Under the pieces are notes generated by a model. That model was not told the origin of the DNA. It saw only the letters and a list, made by a program, of their open reading frames with translations, and made no database searches. The position numbers and the translations under genes are program-made. From contig NC_057719.1 in assembly GCF_004010195.1 (NCBI RefSeq), positions 48,205,071 to 48,269,070 on the forward strand: a stretch of DNA of 64,000 nt, given 5' to 3'. How positions within the stretch are numbered: the stretch's first letter is position 1; every line of letters starts with the position of its first letter. Below are positions 51,309-64,000 of this stretch, piece after piece. The DNA is from Chiloscyllium plagiosum (lineage: Eukaryota).

Positions 51309-51775
51309 GTATCAATGTAAATGTTCAGTTATAGGGTCAGTCTGGAGATTTATCCTTACGCAGTCAAAGAAAAATTTTCTGCTTTATTGAGAAGAACATG
51401 GTTGGAGAATATCAACCCCCTCACAAAACCTACATGTTTCTTTAGAATTTGTGATAGATCAGTCTCAGAATCTGATAAGTGATTTACTTCAGCCCGGTTG
51501 AGCTTAATATTCCCCAATTATGTTCTTCCCAATACAGCTTAAAACTTTTCTTTGACCACGTTTAAGGATAAATCTACAGACTGACCCTATAACTGAACAC
51601 TCACATCGATACAACTCTTCAAGGGACCACTTTGCCTGCTTACATTCTTAGTACAACTTTTGATGGTTGGAGCACAATGTGACTCAGCTGCTTCTGATAC
51701 ATACTTTCAGGTATCAACAAAACTGCCTCTCTCGTATCTGCCTCCCTTCAAGCTGGTTTGCCATTTGGCAAGTGT
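51309..51775 (-). mobile_element. Gypsy aspartic protease fragment with a fold-back duplicate
   Basis: Minus strand NGKP...DT..AV...LQPSKVVLR...VPL...VVKE...LGR; inverted copy at 51309-51416. Confidence 0.65.
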
Positions 51776-51900
51776 TATGAAGATATGGGTGAACTATAGC
51801 TTTTAAGAGAGTTAAAAGCTAGCAGTGAGTGCCCCAGTCGGAGCTACAAAAGAAAAGAACTGGCCTATGTCCTCGGACTCAGAGAGAGGGATATAGTAAT

Positions 51901-51985
51901 TGTAACAAGATCAGCCGGGTGGATCTCATGAAATATGAATTCCCTGAATGGGACTGTTAATCTAATCCAATCTGGAAACCCTACC
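51901..51985 (+). mobile_element. LTR 5' fragment
   Basis: Starts TGTAACA; reverse complement matches 7672-7720 and 2602-2645. Confidence 0.6.
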
Positions 51986-52049
51986 CAAAAATAAAAAATG
52001 ACCTCTGTGATTTTAAACTGATTCAAACAGATATGTAATTAAACAGTAC

Positions 52050-55000
52050 TAGGGAGCTAGGAGAGAAGTTAAAGGGGAGGACCTCAAAGGTAGTGATCTC
52101 TGGATTACTACCAGTGCCACGTGCTAGCCAGTATAGAAATGAAAAAATAGGCAGGATGAACACGTGGATTGAGAGATGGTGTATGAGGGAGGGGTTCAGA
52201 TTTATTGGACATTGGGACCGGTTCTGGGGAAGGTGGGACTATTACAAAAGGGACAGTCTACATCTGAACCAGACTGGGATCAATGTCCTTGGGGGAGCTT
52301 TTGCTACTCCTGTTGGGGAGGTTTTAAACTAATGTGGCAGGGGACTGCGAAGGCAGAAGAGAAAACAAGTAGGGAGCGAGGTGGAGACTGGAGACTGTAA
52401 GAATTATGAAGATAGCATTAATAAAGGGAAGTATAGGCAGACAGCAGGTAAGTGCAAAAGAACTGGTGGCCTGAAATGCATCTACTTTAATGCAAGGAGT
52501 ATAGTGTGTAAGGCAGATGAACTTAGGGCTTGCATTGGTGCCTGGGAGTAATGACATTATTGCCATCACAGAGACTTGGTTGAAGGAAGGGCATGATGAT
52601 TGGCAACTAAATGTTCCAGGATATAGATGCTTCAGATAGGACAGGGAGGGAGTAAAAGAGGGGATGGAGTTGCATTGCTGGTCAGGGATGATATCACGGC
52701 TGTGCTAAAGGAGGACACTATGGTGGTCTTGGGTAGTGAGGCATTATGGGTGGAGCTGAGAAATAAGAAGGGTGCAGTTACATTGTTGGGGCTGTATTAC
52801 AGACCTCCCAACAGTGAGCGTGAGGTAGAAGAACAAATAGGTAAACAGATTATGAATAGATGTAGAGGCAATAGGGTAGTGGTGATGGGGGATTTTAATT
52901 TTCCCAACATTGACTGGGATACACTTAGCGTCAGAGGTCTGGATGGAATAGAATTTGTACGAAGCGTCCAGGAAAGTTTTCTAGAGCATATGTCAATAGC
53001 CCGACGAGAGAAGGGGCCATAATTGGACCTGGTATTGGGGAACGAGCAAGGACAAGTGGTAGAAGTTGCGGTGGGGGATTTCTTTGGGAACAGTGACCAC
53101 AATTCTGTAAGTTTTAGAATACTCGTAGATAAAGAAGAGAGTGGTCCTCAGGGAAAAGTACTAAACTGGGCCAAAGCTAATTATATCAAAATTAGGCAGA
53201 AGCTGGGAAATGTGGATTGGACACAGCTATTTGAAGGAAAGTCCACATTTGAGATGTGGGAGGCTTTCAAAGATAGGTTAACGGTAGTGCAGGATAGGCA
53301 TGTCCCGTTGAAGGCAAAGGGTAGGATGGGCAAGATTCGTGAACCATGGATGACAGGAGAAATTGTACGACTAGCCAAGAGGAAAAGGGAAGCATACATA
53401 AGATCTAGGCAGCTAAGAACAGAACGTGCCCTTGAGGAATATCGGAAGAGGAGGACAAGTCTTAAACAAGGAATCAAGCGGGCTAAAAGGGGTCATGAAA
53501 TAGCTTTAGCAAGCAGAATTAAGGAAAATCCCAAAGCATTTTATTCTTATATAAGAGGCAAGCAGGTAACTAGAGAAAGGATTGGTCCACAAAAAGATAA
53601 CGAAGGAAGGCTGTGTGCCGAACCTGAGAGAATGGGTGAGATTCTGAATGATTACTTTACATCAGTGATCACTGAGGAGAGGAACATGATGAATCTTGAG
53701 ATTAGAGATAGAAGTTTGATTAGTCTGGATCACGTTGGCATAAATAGGGAAGATGTGTTGGGTATGCTAGAGGTTATTAAGGTGGACAAATCCCCAGGAC
53801 CGGATGGGCTCTATCTCAGGTTGCTGAGGGATGCGAGAGAGGAAATAACTGGGGCCCTGACAGATATCTTTGTGGCAACCTTAAATTCGGGTGAGGTGCC
53901 GGAGGATTGGAAGGTTGCTCATGTTGTCCCCCTGTACAAGAAGGGTAGTAGGGATATTCCGGGTAACTACAGACCAGTGAGCCTGACATCAGTGGTGGGG
54001 TAGTTGCTGGAGAGGGTACTGAGGGATAGGATCTATTTATATTTAGAAAAGAATGGGCCTATCAGTGATAGGCAATATGGTTTTGTGCAGGGGAGATCAT
54101 GCCTTACCAACTTAATAGAGTTTTCGAGGAAGTGACCAAGTTGGTAGATGAAGGAAGGAATGTTGATGTCATATACATGGACTTTAGTAAGGCGTTTGAT
54201 AAGGTTCCCCATTGTAGACTAATGGAGAAAGTGAAGTCACATGGTGTGCAGGGTGTTCTAGCTAGGTGGATAAAGAACTGGTTGAGCAACAGGAGACAGA
54301 GAATAGTAGTTGAAGAGAGTTTCTCAAAATGAAGAAAGGTTACCAGTGGTGTTCCACAGGGGTCAGTATTAGGGCCACTGTTGTTTGTAATATACATAAA
54401 TGATCTAGAAGAGGGCACTGTTGGCATGATCATCAAGTTTGCAGATGACACAAAGATTGGTGGAGTAGCAGAAAGCATAAGGGACTATCAGAGAATACAG
54501 GAGGATATAGATAGACTGGAGAGTTGGGCGGAAAAGTGGCAGATGGCTTTCAATCCAGACAAATGTGAGATGATGTATTTAGGCAAGTCTAATTCTAGAG
54601 CGAATTATACAATGAATGAAAGACCCTTGGGAAAAGTTGATGGGCATTGAGATCTGGGAGTGCAGGTCCATTGGTACCCTGAAGTTTGCTGCACAGGTGG
54701 ATAGAGTGGTCAAGAAGGCATATAGTATGCTTGTCTTCATTGGATGGGGTGTTGAGTATAAGAGCTGGCAAGTCATGTTAAAATTGTACAAGACATTGGT
54801 TCAGCCGCATTTAGAATATTGTGGACAGTTTTGGTCGCCACATTACCAAAAGGATGTGGACGCTTTGGAGAGGGTGCAGAGAAGGTTTACGAGGATGTTG
54901 CCTGGTATGGAAGGTGCTAGCTATGAAGAGAGGTTGAGTAGGTTAGGTTTATTTTCACTAGGAAAAAGGAGATTGAGGGGGGACCATTTTGAGGTTTACA

Positions 55001-55355
55001 AAATCATGAAGGCTGTAGACAGGGTGGATAGAGACAAGCTTTTTCCCAAGGTGAGGAATTCAATAACCAGAGGTCATGCTTTCAAGGTGAGAGGTGGAAA
55101 GTTTAAGGGGGATACATGCGACAAGTACTTCACACAGAGGGTGGTAGGCATTTGGAACGTGTTGCCAGCAGAGGTGGTAGAGACAGGCACGGTAGATTCA
55201 TTTAAGATGCATCTGGATGCATGAGTAGGTGGGGAGCAGAGGGATATAAATGCTTAGGAATTGACCGACAGGTTTAGACAGTACATTTGGATCGGTTCAG
55301 GCTTGTAGAGCCGAAGGGCCTGTTTCTGGGTTGTAAATTTTCTTTGTTCTTTGTA
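52050..55355 (+). mobile_element. CR1 LINE (ORF1 end, ORF2, 3'UTR), decayed
   Basis: ISGLLPVP...LHLN; EN (NARS, ITETW, YRPP, GDFN, SDH); RT (FADD); TTTCTTTG tail. Confidence 0.93.
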
Positions 55356-56842
55356 CATTATTAACTTTTATTTTGTAGTCAAGCCACTTAGCTCCAGCAA
55401 TTACTCAATATTAATAATTCGCATATGTCTGTCAATTATAGCAGTGCCATGTGCAAATATGTTTAAGCACAACTCATAATGTAAACTTTGTTGAAGCACA
55501 AAATATATTATTTAACTTGCAATGTATGTTATCTTTTTGCAAGATATATTTGCAGATGCTCATCTTGCAAGTCAGATCAAATATTTACTTGATAAATGAC
55601 ACTTCCATCCCCCTTTCAGCCAATTGATAAATATTAAGTCACATTTTGTCTTTTGCTGTTCTGCCTGTTCTCAGTGACCTTTCATTTTAGCCATTGTTTA
55701 TCATTTTGCAGTATTTGTATAATGAGGAATAAATAAATCTTTGTATGGTTTCTGTTACAAAATTGTTAGTGCATACATGGTCCGTGCTTTCAAGGTTAAC
55801 ATTTTCCATTTCCTTATCTGTAATCACTGAATAACCCATGAATCAAAATCATTGTAGTATTGTAGTTGAACTACCGTCTGATCCCAGACATTTAGCCCAA
55901 TGAGCAGCCAAACTGGAATGCAGCTTGGAAAATCATCTCAGCCAAAGTAAAGAAGGCAGTGAATGTGCACTTCTGGTCCAGTAGTGAGACTATGCACTCT
56001 TAAGCTTATACAAGATACAATCCCCCAAATTAGTCAAATAAATCAATTGGAAACTAATTCGACAGGTCTTCTCAGTAGACAATGCAATAAGCATGTTTGC
56101 TATTTCTAATGAGAGAGAGAGACAGACGTTCAGGGTAAAGAATTTGATAGTTAATCAAATATCTATTACAGTAACTCTCAGTCGCATTTCCGATTGGCTG
56201 AAAGTTTTAAAAGAGCTAAGATGTGTCTGAAAAAAAATCTCTAATTCTGTAACCTGCACACTATTGTAACAGCAGAATTTGACCTAGAATACGCCTGAAA
56301 AGTCAAAACTTCACCTTGTGTTTGAATATTTTAATCTAAATAATGCTACATATAGGTGACCTGTTGTAACCACTGTTGTAATGTTGAGCTTTGTAACATA
56401 ACTAATTATGTTCACAGGTGTATTGAAACAGCAGACACGTATGTACATTAATTTTATGTGCCAAGTCCAAAAGTTACTTTGCCTACAACGACCTATACAA
56501 TTAATGGACTTAATATTAGAATCACTATTGGATGATTTGGTATTTGGTACTAACTAATTCCCCATAATGATGCTTCCTTAATATAAGCATCCCGATAAGG
56601 TTATTTAATTATAACACATGCCATCCTATTCAGTGGCATATGGTGTATAGCTAAAAGCAATTTTAATATAACAAATTTATTTTTAATCTAAATTGTATGC
56701 TCCTGATATTTAAAATTTTACTGCTGTGGTGTATCATTTTTGTCCATCAGCTCCAAATCCTACCTGGTTAAGGCATACATAAAGGGGAAGCATTTAGAAC
56801 TGGATAGAGCAGGCTGAGCCTTGGTTTGCCATCTCCTCTAAA

Positions 56843-57061
56843 TACAGGTCGTTCTGTTGTCACAAGTGTGTTTCGTTAACACTAATTCGCTATAACATGA
56901 TTGATGAATTGGGGACAGTATTTCTGAAGCATGAAGTTTGTGTATTAGTTATAACACGATTCTGGCCCCATTCATTTAAACGGTGCTGATATTACATGAT
57001 TTTCTTATAACATGGGATTGCATGAGAATGGAACTACTGCATTATAACAGAACTGACTATG
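56843..57061. mobile_element. Tc1/mariner (Tigger-like) MITE, decayed
   Basis: TA-CAGGTCGTTCTGTT... and ...TTATAACAGAACTGACTA imperfect TIRs; internal TATAAC repeats. Confidence 0.6.
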
Positions 57062-58825
57062 ACAGTAACTCTTTCAGTACTGAACTAGATGTTAGCCTAC
57101 TGTTCAAATCTGTGGATTGGGGTTTGTAGCCAAGATCTGCTCACTTAAATGTGAGCATGCAGTCACTGAGGCAAGGCGTACATAAAGAAATAAAATGTAA
57201 GGTAAATTTAATACTTTAAGTTTTGTGTTTTTGGGCCTGTAATGTTAAAAACTTATTGTTTATTCTGATAGAACATTCTGTTTATTCAATAATTGTAAGT
57301 GAGAGTTTTGGGTCAGTTTTTTTCTTTGAAACGTGCTATAAACTATTAATTTTATTCAGGACATCATATTTTGTATCTCTAACATTGTAGCAATCCTAGA
57401 AGAAGTTGTAAGGCAGATTCTTTTAATGTCTGAGACTGTTAGTTTCTTGAGAAAATTCCTATTTTTCTTCCAACAGCATATTTATTCAATACTCGTAACA
57501 CAATCTGACATTGATCAATGTTCTTTTGAGGCAGGAAAAGTTGTTTATTTTCAAATGTTGCCGACTCTCTTGTCTAATTTGGATTGTGAGAAAGAGCCAT
57601 AATTTAATAAACAGATTTGGCAACAGAGCACCATAAAAGCCCACAATGTTTGTCACAACCATCTGTACACAGCAGATGGAATGCTGGTATACCTACAGCT
57701 TAAGTTATGACAAGCCTATATCCCACTGCATTTACAGTGTAATCAAATGTCTAAGGCCTATATATAGGGCTATTTTTGAACTGTTACATTTTTTTAAGTA
57801 TTGGTCAGCTATTGTTAACTGTGTTTATATGTACTGTTTATTCAGATACAGATGGGCAAATATCCTTTCCTTTCATTAAGCTGCTTTTTAATATTGAGGA
57901 ATTTATTGTCATAACAGCGCAATTATAACATTTTAGTGCTTCATCTGATAATTGTTTTGAGCCCAGATGAAAGGCCACTCTCATAAGCATACCTTTCCTC
58001 CCAAAGAATAGATTTGTCACTTTATCTCCACAATATTCATATTGTAGCTTTGCTCAAGACCAACCAGAAACCACATTACTGTAATTAGCTTATGGAACTT
58101 AAATATTCTCTTAGACTGTGGACTGCAAAAGAATAATTATACTATCAGGCCAAATAGTTCAGATTATAAATCACTAAATACGTTAACTGAAAGTAAAACA
58201 ATAGTTTAAAAACAAGTCTAACTTGATAGCAAAACATGAATATCTTTCTTGAATAAGAGAATAATGAGTCACAATATCTTGCTAACTCTCTTTACTTCAA
58301 AATATTTGAAATTAAAAATGTGAGGAATTATCCACCCCTTGTCTAGTCTCTATCCTAATATGTCTAGATGATGAACTGAAAGTAGGCTGCCACCCTGTTC
58401 CTCAGAATTGGAAACTTTTGGTTTCATCTAAACTGGAGAATAGACTTTAAATGTTCAGGGCAACTGTCCCTCTGAAACTTGTCTCCAATCTTTCATTGAC
58501 TTTTATTAAAAAAAATTGTTTGCAACAAAGGAAATTAAAAATGTGTTTCACACAATTTAACATAGCTGTCACTCATATAGGTTCAAAGATATAAGGCTGC
58601 TCTCCCAGAACATATTTCCAGCTAACATTGTGCCAAGCTGACATCCTGCCAGATTCAATGATTGTGAACTACAGAAATATTTATGAAGATAGGCTTTTGC
58701 TGAGATTGATGTTAACAGGTTTACAATTGAAAAATAACTAACATTATAAGGTCATCTGGTATTATGTCAATAATCTGTAGCTACTTCACCACTGGGGCTA
58801 GCTTTCCTCACAATGCAGTTTCTAG

Positions 58826-58906
58826 TCATGATTTGGAGATGCCGGTGTTGAACTGCGGTGTACAAAGTTAAAAATCACATAACACCAGGTTATAGTCCAA
58901 GACTAG
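58826..58906 (-). mobile_element. PLE pLTR fragment (third family)
   Basis: Matches 14538-14572 and the reverse of 27220-27277; flanking GTTTCTAG at 58818-58825 and 58907-58914. Confidence 0.6.
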
Positions 58907-59009
58907 GTTTCTAGCCTAAGTATATAATATTGCTTCTACCTAAGTCAGTGGCAGCAAGACTGAAGAAAAAAAATTACATATGACATTGGTATCATAGATG
59001 AGTATTACA

Positions 59010-59240
59010 AATCTTGTACTTGCCTTGCATAGTTATTATTAATGTAATAAAATGTTCACAAAGATGTAATCAGACAAAAAAGGCAATTGTCAATGAGATA
59101 TTAGAAAGGGCAACAAAAGGTTTCGATAAAGAAAGATCTAAAGAAGGACAGACAGGTGGAGATGCAGAAGGTTTAGGAAGAAAATTCCAGAGCTTAGGGC
59201 CTAACTGTCTGAAAGCCTTGATGGTAGGTCAAAGTGATGG
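59010..59240 (-). mobile_element. L2/SINE-like 3' fragment
   Basis: GGAAGAAAATTCCAGAGCTTAGGGCC is the reverse of the L2-type GPKLWNFLP motif. Confidence 0.5.
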
Positions 59241-59289
59241 TAGGTCAAAGGGAAAAAGGTATAGTTAAAAAAATAAACAGAGGGGATCT

Positions 59290-59300
59290 AAGATGGCGGC
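59290..59300 (+). promoter_or_regulatory. YY1 consensus site at the L1 5' end
   Basis: AAGATGGCGGC about 10 nt inside the element start. Confidence 0.6.
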
Positions 59301-62300
59301 AATCTGAGAAGATCACACTGCAGAGCTTTACATCACAGCAGGAGCAGGACAGTCCTTTAACCCACCCAACTCAGGTGTTGGAAAGATTGTGGAGCTCCAA
59401 GAAACAATTAAAAATTGACTTACCTGTATGTTCAACCGTCCAGAAATGCCTGAAAAGGGAGGAGGAGCATCTGAGGCCAGGCCTGCAGCTCAGCCTGCAG
59501 TAGCCTCAGAGCAGATTACTCTCCAGGACCTGGTGAACCAGCTCTCGAACTCTGGCGAGATGTTGGGGAAACAGATTGAATATAAGCTGGTTCCAGTCTC
59601 TCTCATGCTGTAGAAGCATGAGCAGCAGCTGGGAGACCTGGAGAAGAGGACGGATGAGGTGGAGCACAGGGTCACAGTGGTGGAAGCTGATGCCAGTTCA
59701 TTCAAGGAAGTGATCCAAGCCCTGAAGCTGCAGGTTCGTAATTTGCGTTACAAAGTGGATGATCTTGAAAACAAGGGCAGGAGAAAAAACATTCGGATTA
59801 TTGGTCTGCCTGAGGGTAAGGAAGGTGAGCGGCCTGCGGAATTTGTTGAAGATTGGTTTCCAAAATTCCTTGACTTGGAGACTGGCATGAGAGGATTGAA
59901 GATAGAGAGGGCTCACTGGGTCGCAGCACGGAGGTCCGGTCTGAGTCAACGCCCTCGTCCTTTCCTGGTGCGGTTCCATCATTACCGGGATAAGGAGAGA
60001 GTCATGGAGGCTTCCAGACTCCAGGTGAAGGATCCAAAGACCCTAATTTACGAGGGGTCTAAGATCATGTTTTTTCAGGACTTTTCAGCGGCGGTGATCC
60101 AGAAACGAAAATCTTATGATGGTGTCAAGAGAAGATTGAAGGAGCTTGGGATTCAGTACTCCCTGAAATATCCGGCTGTGCTTCGGATCATCTTAGATGG
60201 ATCCATGCATCTCTTCGACACATCAGAGAAGGCAAGAGACTTTGTGGACAAACTAACCTAAGTTAAACAATTGTAGTATGTATAAATATTGTTGCTTGGG
60301 TATGCGTTTATCATTCTGTAAAAGAAATGGAGGAAATCTGGTTGGAGCTTTGTTTTTCCCATTTTTTACCTCTATTGATAATAATTTGGTTCAAACTATG
60401 TCTGGCGATAGTTAAGATGTACATTTTAAATTTCTAAGTTAGAACATACCAAAGGATGGGTGGGGTATTTATTCCCCTTTTTTTAATAAAAGAATGTTTT
60501 TTTTTATTCATATTGATATTCTATGGAGTGTTTATTCTTTTTAGCTTGTGCTTGTGATGTGGCTCTAGCTGGGAGAAGTGAAGGTGGTTGAGTAGTTTTT
60601 ATATTTGGTGGATCATGCGACACTAAGGCTCAGCAATTTGTGGTTTGGGTTCCTCCTCTCTGGAATTTAAATGTAATTGCAGAAGATTATGGCTAATGAT
60701 TTGATTAAATGGTGTACCTGGAATATCAAGGGAAGTCACTCACCAATTAAGAGGAGGAAGGTACTCTTGAGTCTTAGAAAGGAGAAGGTGGATATTGCTT
60801 TGATACAGGTGACACATTTGGATGACAAGGAGCATCTGAAATTACAGCAGAATGGCTTTGACCGAGTTTATGTTTCATCATTTAATATTGGAAGTAGGGG
60901 AGTGGGTATATTGGTTAGGAAAAACCTCTCATTTAAATTGTTGGAATGTGTTAAAACTATTACGGGAGGTTTGTAATTCTTAAAGCCTTGATAAATGGGG
61001 AAGAATATGGCATTTTAAATGTTTATTGTCCCCCAGGTCATCCTCTTAAATTCTTGGTCGATACTTTTTCTAAACTGATAAGTCTCAAGACTCGGCACAT
61101 CATTATAGGGGGAGATTTTAACTGCCTCATAGACCCCACAGTAGACAGGTTGCCTAAAGGTCCCTCAATACCCTCTGTACAAACTAAACAGTTATTGGGT
61201 TTGTTTGTGGAATTAGGATTGGTGGACGTCTGGAGGTGTCTCCACCCTACAGGTAGGGATTTCACGTTTTTCTCCAATCCGCACAGATGTCACACGAGGA
61301 TTGATTTTTTTCTGACCCCTGCGGTAACCCTGGATCTGGTGGCATCCTGTACGATTGGGAATATTGCCATCTCTGATCATGCTCCAGTGTACCTCATGGT
61401 TAAAATTAAGGACGTTACAGTGGATTCAAGGCTCTGGCGAATGGTCCCCTTTATTCTCATGGACAGCAAGTTTGTGGAGTATTTCTCTAGGGAATTTCGG
61501 GCATTCCTAGACATCAACATAGGCTCGGTTGATAGCTCATCTGTTCTCTGGGAAACTACCAAAGCTTATGCCAGAGGGTTCGTTATTTCATATTCCACAA
61601 GTAGGAAGCGGCAGAAGGGTGAGCAGCAACGTCTCCTTGAAGCACGGTTGAAGGCCTATTTTGACAGACCCTCGTTGGTCAAACTACAAAGGATTACGGC
61701 ACTGCGGTCTGCACTAAATTCAGTGCTCACGCAGACGGCAAAGAAGGAGCTGGCTTTTGCAAAGCAAAGGTTATACGAGCATGGTGACAAGCCAGGAAAA
61801 TACTTAGCATACCTTGCCAGAAAGGGAAGTGCCCCACAAACCATTACAGCAACTAGGGAAGGGCCTGGGAACCTAACATGTGATTCTAAAAAGATTAATG
61901 TGGCGTTCCAGAGATTCTACTCTAAATTATATCAGTCTGAGAATTGTGAGGAGGGGCAGGCCAAAATGGAATCCTTTATTAGAGATCTGAAGCTCAAACA
62001 ACAGTCCTTTCTCAATGCCCCATTATCAGAGCAAGAAGTGCAGGAAGCTGTGAGGCAGCATCAGAGTGGAAAGGCGCCCGGTCCTGATGGACTTCCCAGT
62101 GAATTCTATAAGGAATTTATAAATATACTGTCAGGCCCGATGCTGAATATGTTTAATGATTCATACAGTCATGTTTGTCTCCCACCATCTCTGAGAGAGG
62201 CCAATATTTACTTATCCTTAAAAAAGGGAAGGATCCGGAAGACTGTGCTTCATACAGGCCCATCTCGCTCTTAAATGTGGACTTAAGATCCTTTCTAAGG

Positions 62301-62479
62301 CTCTTGCGTTAAGGCCGGAGACTGTGTCACCTTCTATTATTAAAGAGGATCAGACGGGCTTCATAAAGGATCGCAGATCCTCCAATAACGTTAGGAGGCT
62401 GTTTAACGTAATTCAAGCATGTCAACAGCAGTCAATACAGGGATTGGTGATTTCTTTAGATGCAGAGAAGGCATTTGAC

Positions 62480-62641
62480 NNNNNNNNNNNNNNNNNNNNN
62501 NNNNNNNNNNNNNNNNNNNNNNNNNNNNNNNNNNNNNNNNNNNNNNNNNNNNNNNNNNNNNNNNNNNNNNNNNNNNNNNNNNNNNNNNNNNNNNNNNNNN
62601 NNNNNNNNNNNNNNNNNNNNNNNNNNNNNNNNNNNNNNNNN
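62480..62641. other. Assembly gap
   Basis: Run of N. Confidence 1.
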
Positions 62642-64000
62642 GCTTTTTCAGGGTATAAGATTAATTTTGCTAAATCAGAGGCTATGCCTATGGGTGGTCT
62701 TATGAAAGAGTTGGCTCTTGAGAGTGGCTATAGATTCCCATTTAGGTGGTCACAGGGGGGTTTTGTGTATTTGGGCATATTCATTACTCCAGTTCTGGAT
62801 TGGCTGTTCAAAGCCAATTTTACTCAACTATTTGAAAAAATTAAACAAGATCTCCAAAGATGGGAGGCAGTTCCAGTCTCATGGTTGGGTCGGATAGCGC
62901 TTATTAAGATGAATATTCTCCCTCGTTTGCTATATCCTATACGGATGCTCTCCCTGATTTCAATAAACAAACACTCAGGAGACTGAACAGTTGGTTCAGC
63001 TCCTTTATCTGGCACCATAAACGGCCCCTCATTAAATTAGCCAAACTGCAGTTGCCTCACAGATCGGGGGGAGTAGACCTTCCGGACATCAAAAATGACC
63101 AATTAAGCTTGCTTTTGACCTATGTAAGTGATTGGGTTTGTAGGGACCCTCTTTCAATATGGCTAGATATCAAAGTCTCCCAGGCAAGGTGCCCCCTTAC
63201 CAGTTTGCTGTTTTTGGACAAGGTGAGGACAGTTAGGGAATATTGCCATAACCCAATAGTCATCAATACTGTTAAAGGGTAATTCGGCAGAGGGAAGGTA
63301 ATATTGGCAAAACATCTTTGTTTACACCTTTAGTGGGTATGCCGAGTTTTCAACCAGGTATGATAGATTCAGGATTTAAACGTTGGGCTGCTAGGGGTAT
63401 ATCTTGCATGGGTGATTTATTTGAGGGAGATGTAATGATGTCCTTCAATCAGTTAGTACGGAAGTATGAGTTACCTAAATGAGACCTCTTTCGTTTTTTT
63501 CAAGTTAGGGATTTCATTCAAAAAAGGACCACACTTTTGACTACAAATCTGACATAGAAAGAGGGGTACTAAGGGCTAAGAGCTAAGAGTACACTCTCTG
63601 TCAGTACTCTATATCACCAATTGGGGGGTGCCACCTCAGATGAGTCTGATTGACTCTGCAAGATGTGGGAAAGAGAGCTGGGTGTTGAAGTTTCTTCAGA
63701 GGCATTGTGGCTATTTGGGAGAATGCAAGGAAGATATCAATTTGCAATAGGACCCATGCTTTACAGTTGAAGATTCTCCACAGGGTCCACTTAGCCCCAG
63801 ACCATTTGTCAAAATTTAAACCAGGGGTATCTTCAGCATGCCCCAAGTGCAAGGTCTGTACGGGTACTCTTACCCATTGTCTTTGGTCTTGTGACAGCCT
63901 TCAAACATATTGGAACGCTGTGGTGGGTGCAATGGAGAGGAATTTAGGTGTAGGGGTGGAGAAGGACCCCATTTCGCTCCTTTTGGGCCTACCCATTGTA

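Larger units (their letters stand above)
59281..64000 (+). mobile_element. L1-clade LINE (second subfamily) with intact 5' end, running off the window
   Basis: ORF1 59446-60261 with one in-frame TAG at 59611 (DLENKGRRKNIRIIGLPE); ORF2 from 60689 (EN, RT, CPKC..THCLWSC), frameshifted. Confidence 0.93.

Noticed and set aside
55897..55952. Small exon (AG|...|GTAAAG)
   Set aside because: Weak splice signals and no recognisable product

Overview
This is eukaryotic, vertebrate DNA rather than a prokaryotic accessory region. The repeat content (HE1-type V-SINE, abundant CR1 LINEs with (ATAGAAC)n tails, fish-type L1, Penelope-like elements, Tx1 3' ends) points to a cartilaginous fish, probably a shark (inference). 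I found no host protein-coding exon I can support. The long ORFs in the track are decayed or antisense frames of retroelements. The window is a dense, deeply nested graveyard of CR1, L1, Penelope-like (PLE), Gypsy LTR, Harbinger and Tc1/mariner remnants, with three assembly gaps. The best second-look items are: (1) a head-to-tail array of a ~300-nt Tx1-derived unit at a GAC(A/G)CTCCTCTTTTT site in an LTR, whose empty paralog is in the same window, plus an independent solo copy with the same 5' end; (2) many short, often palindromic PLE terminal-repeat insertions with 8-15 bp target duplications and minimal hammerhead ribozymes; (3) a ~1.6-kb inversion explained by recombination between two inverted CR1 copies; (4) several locally templated insertions and fold-backs; (5) two four-level transposon nests. 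All alignments were done by eye and coordinates of decayed elements are approximate.
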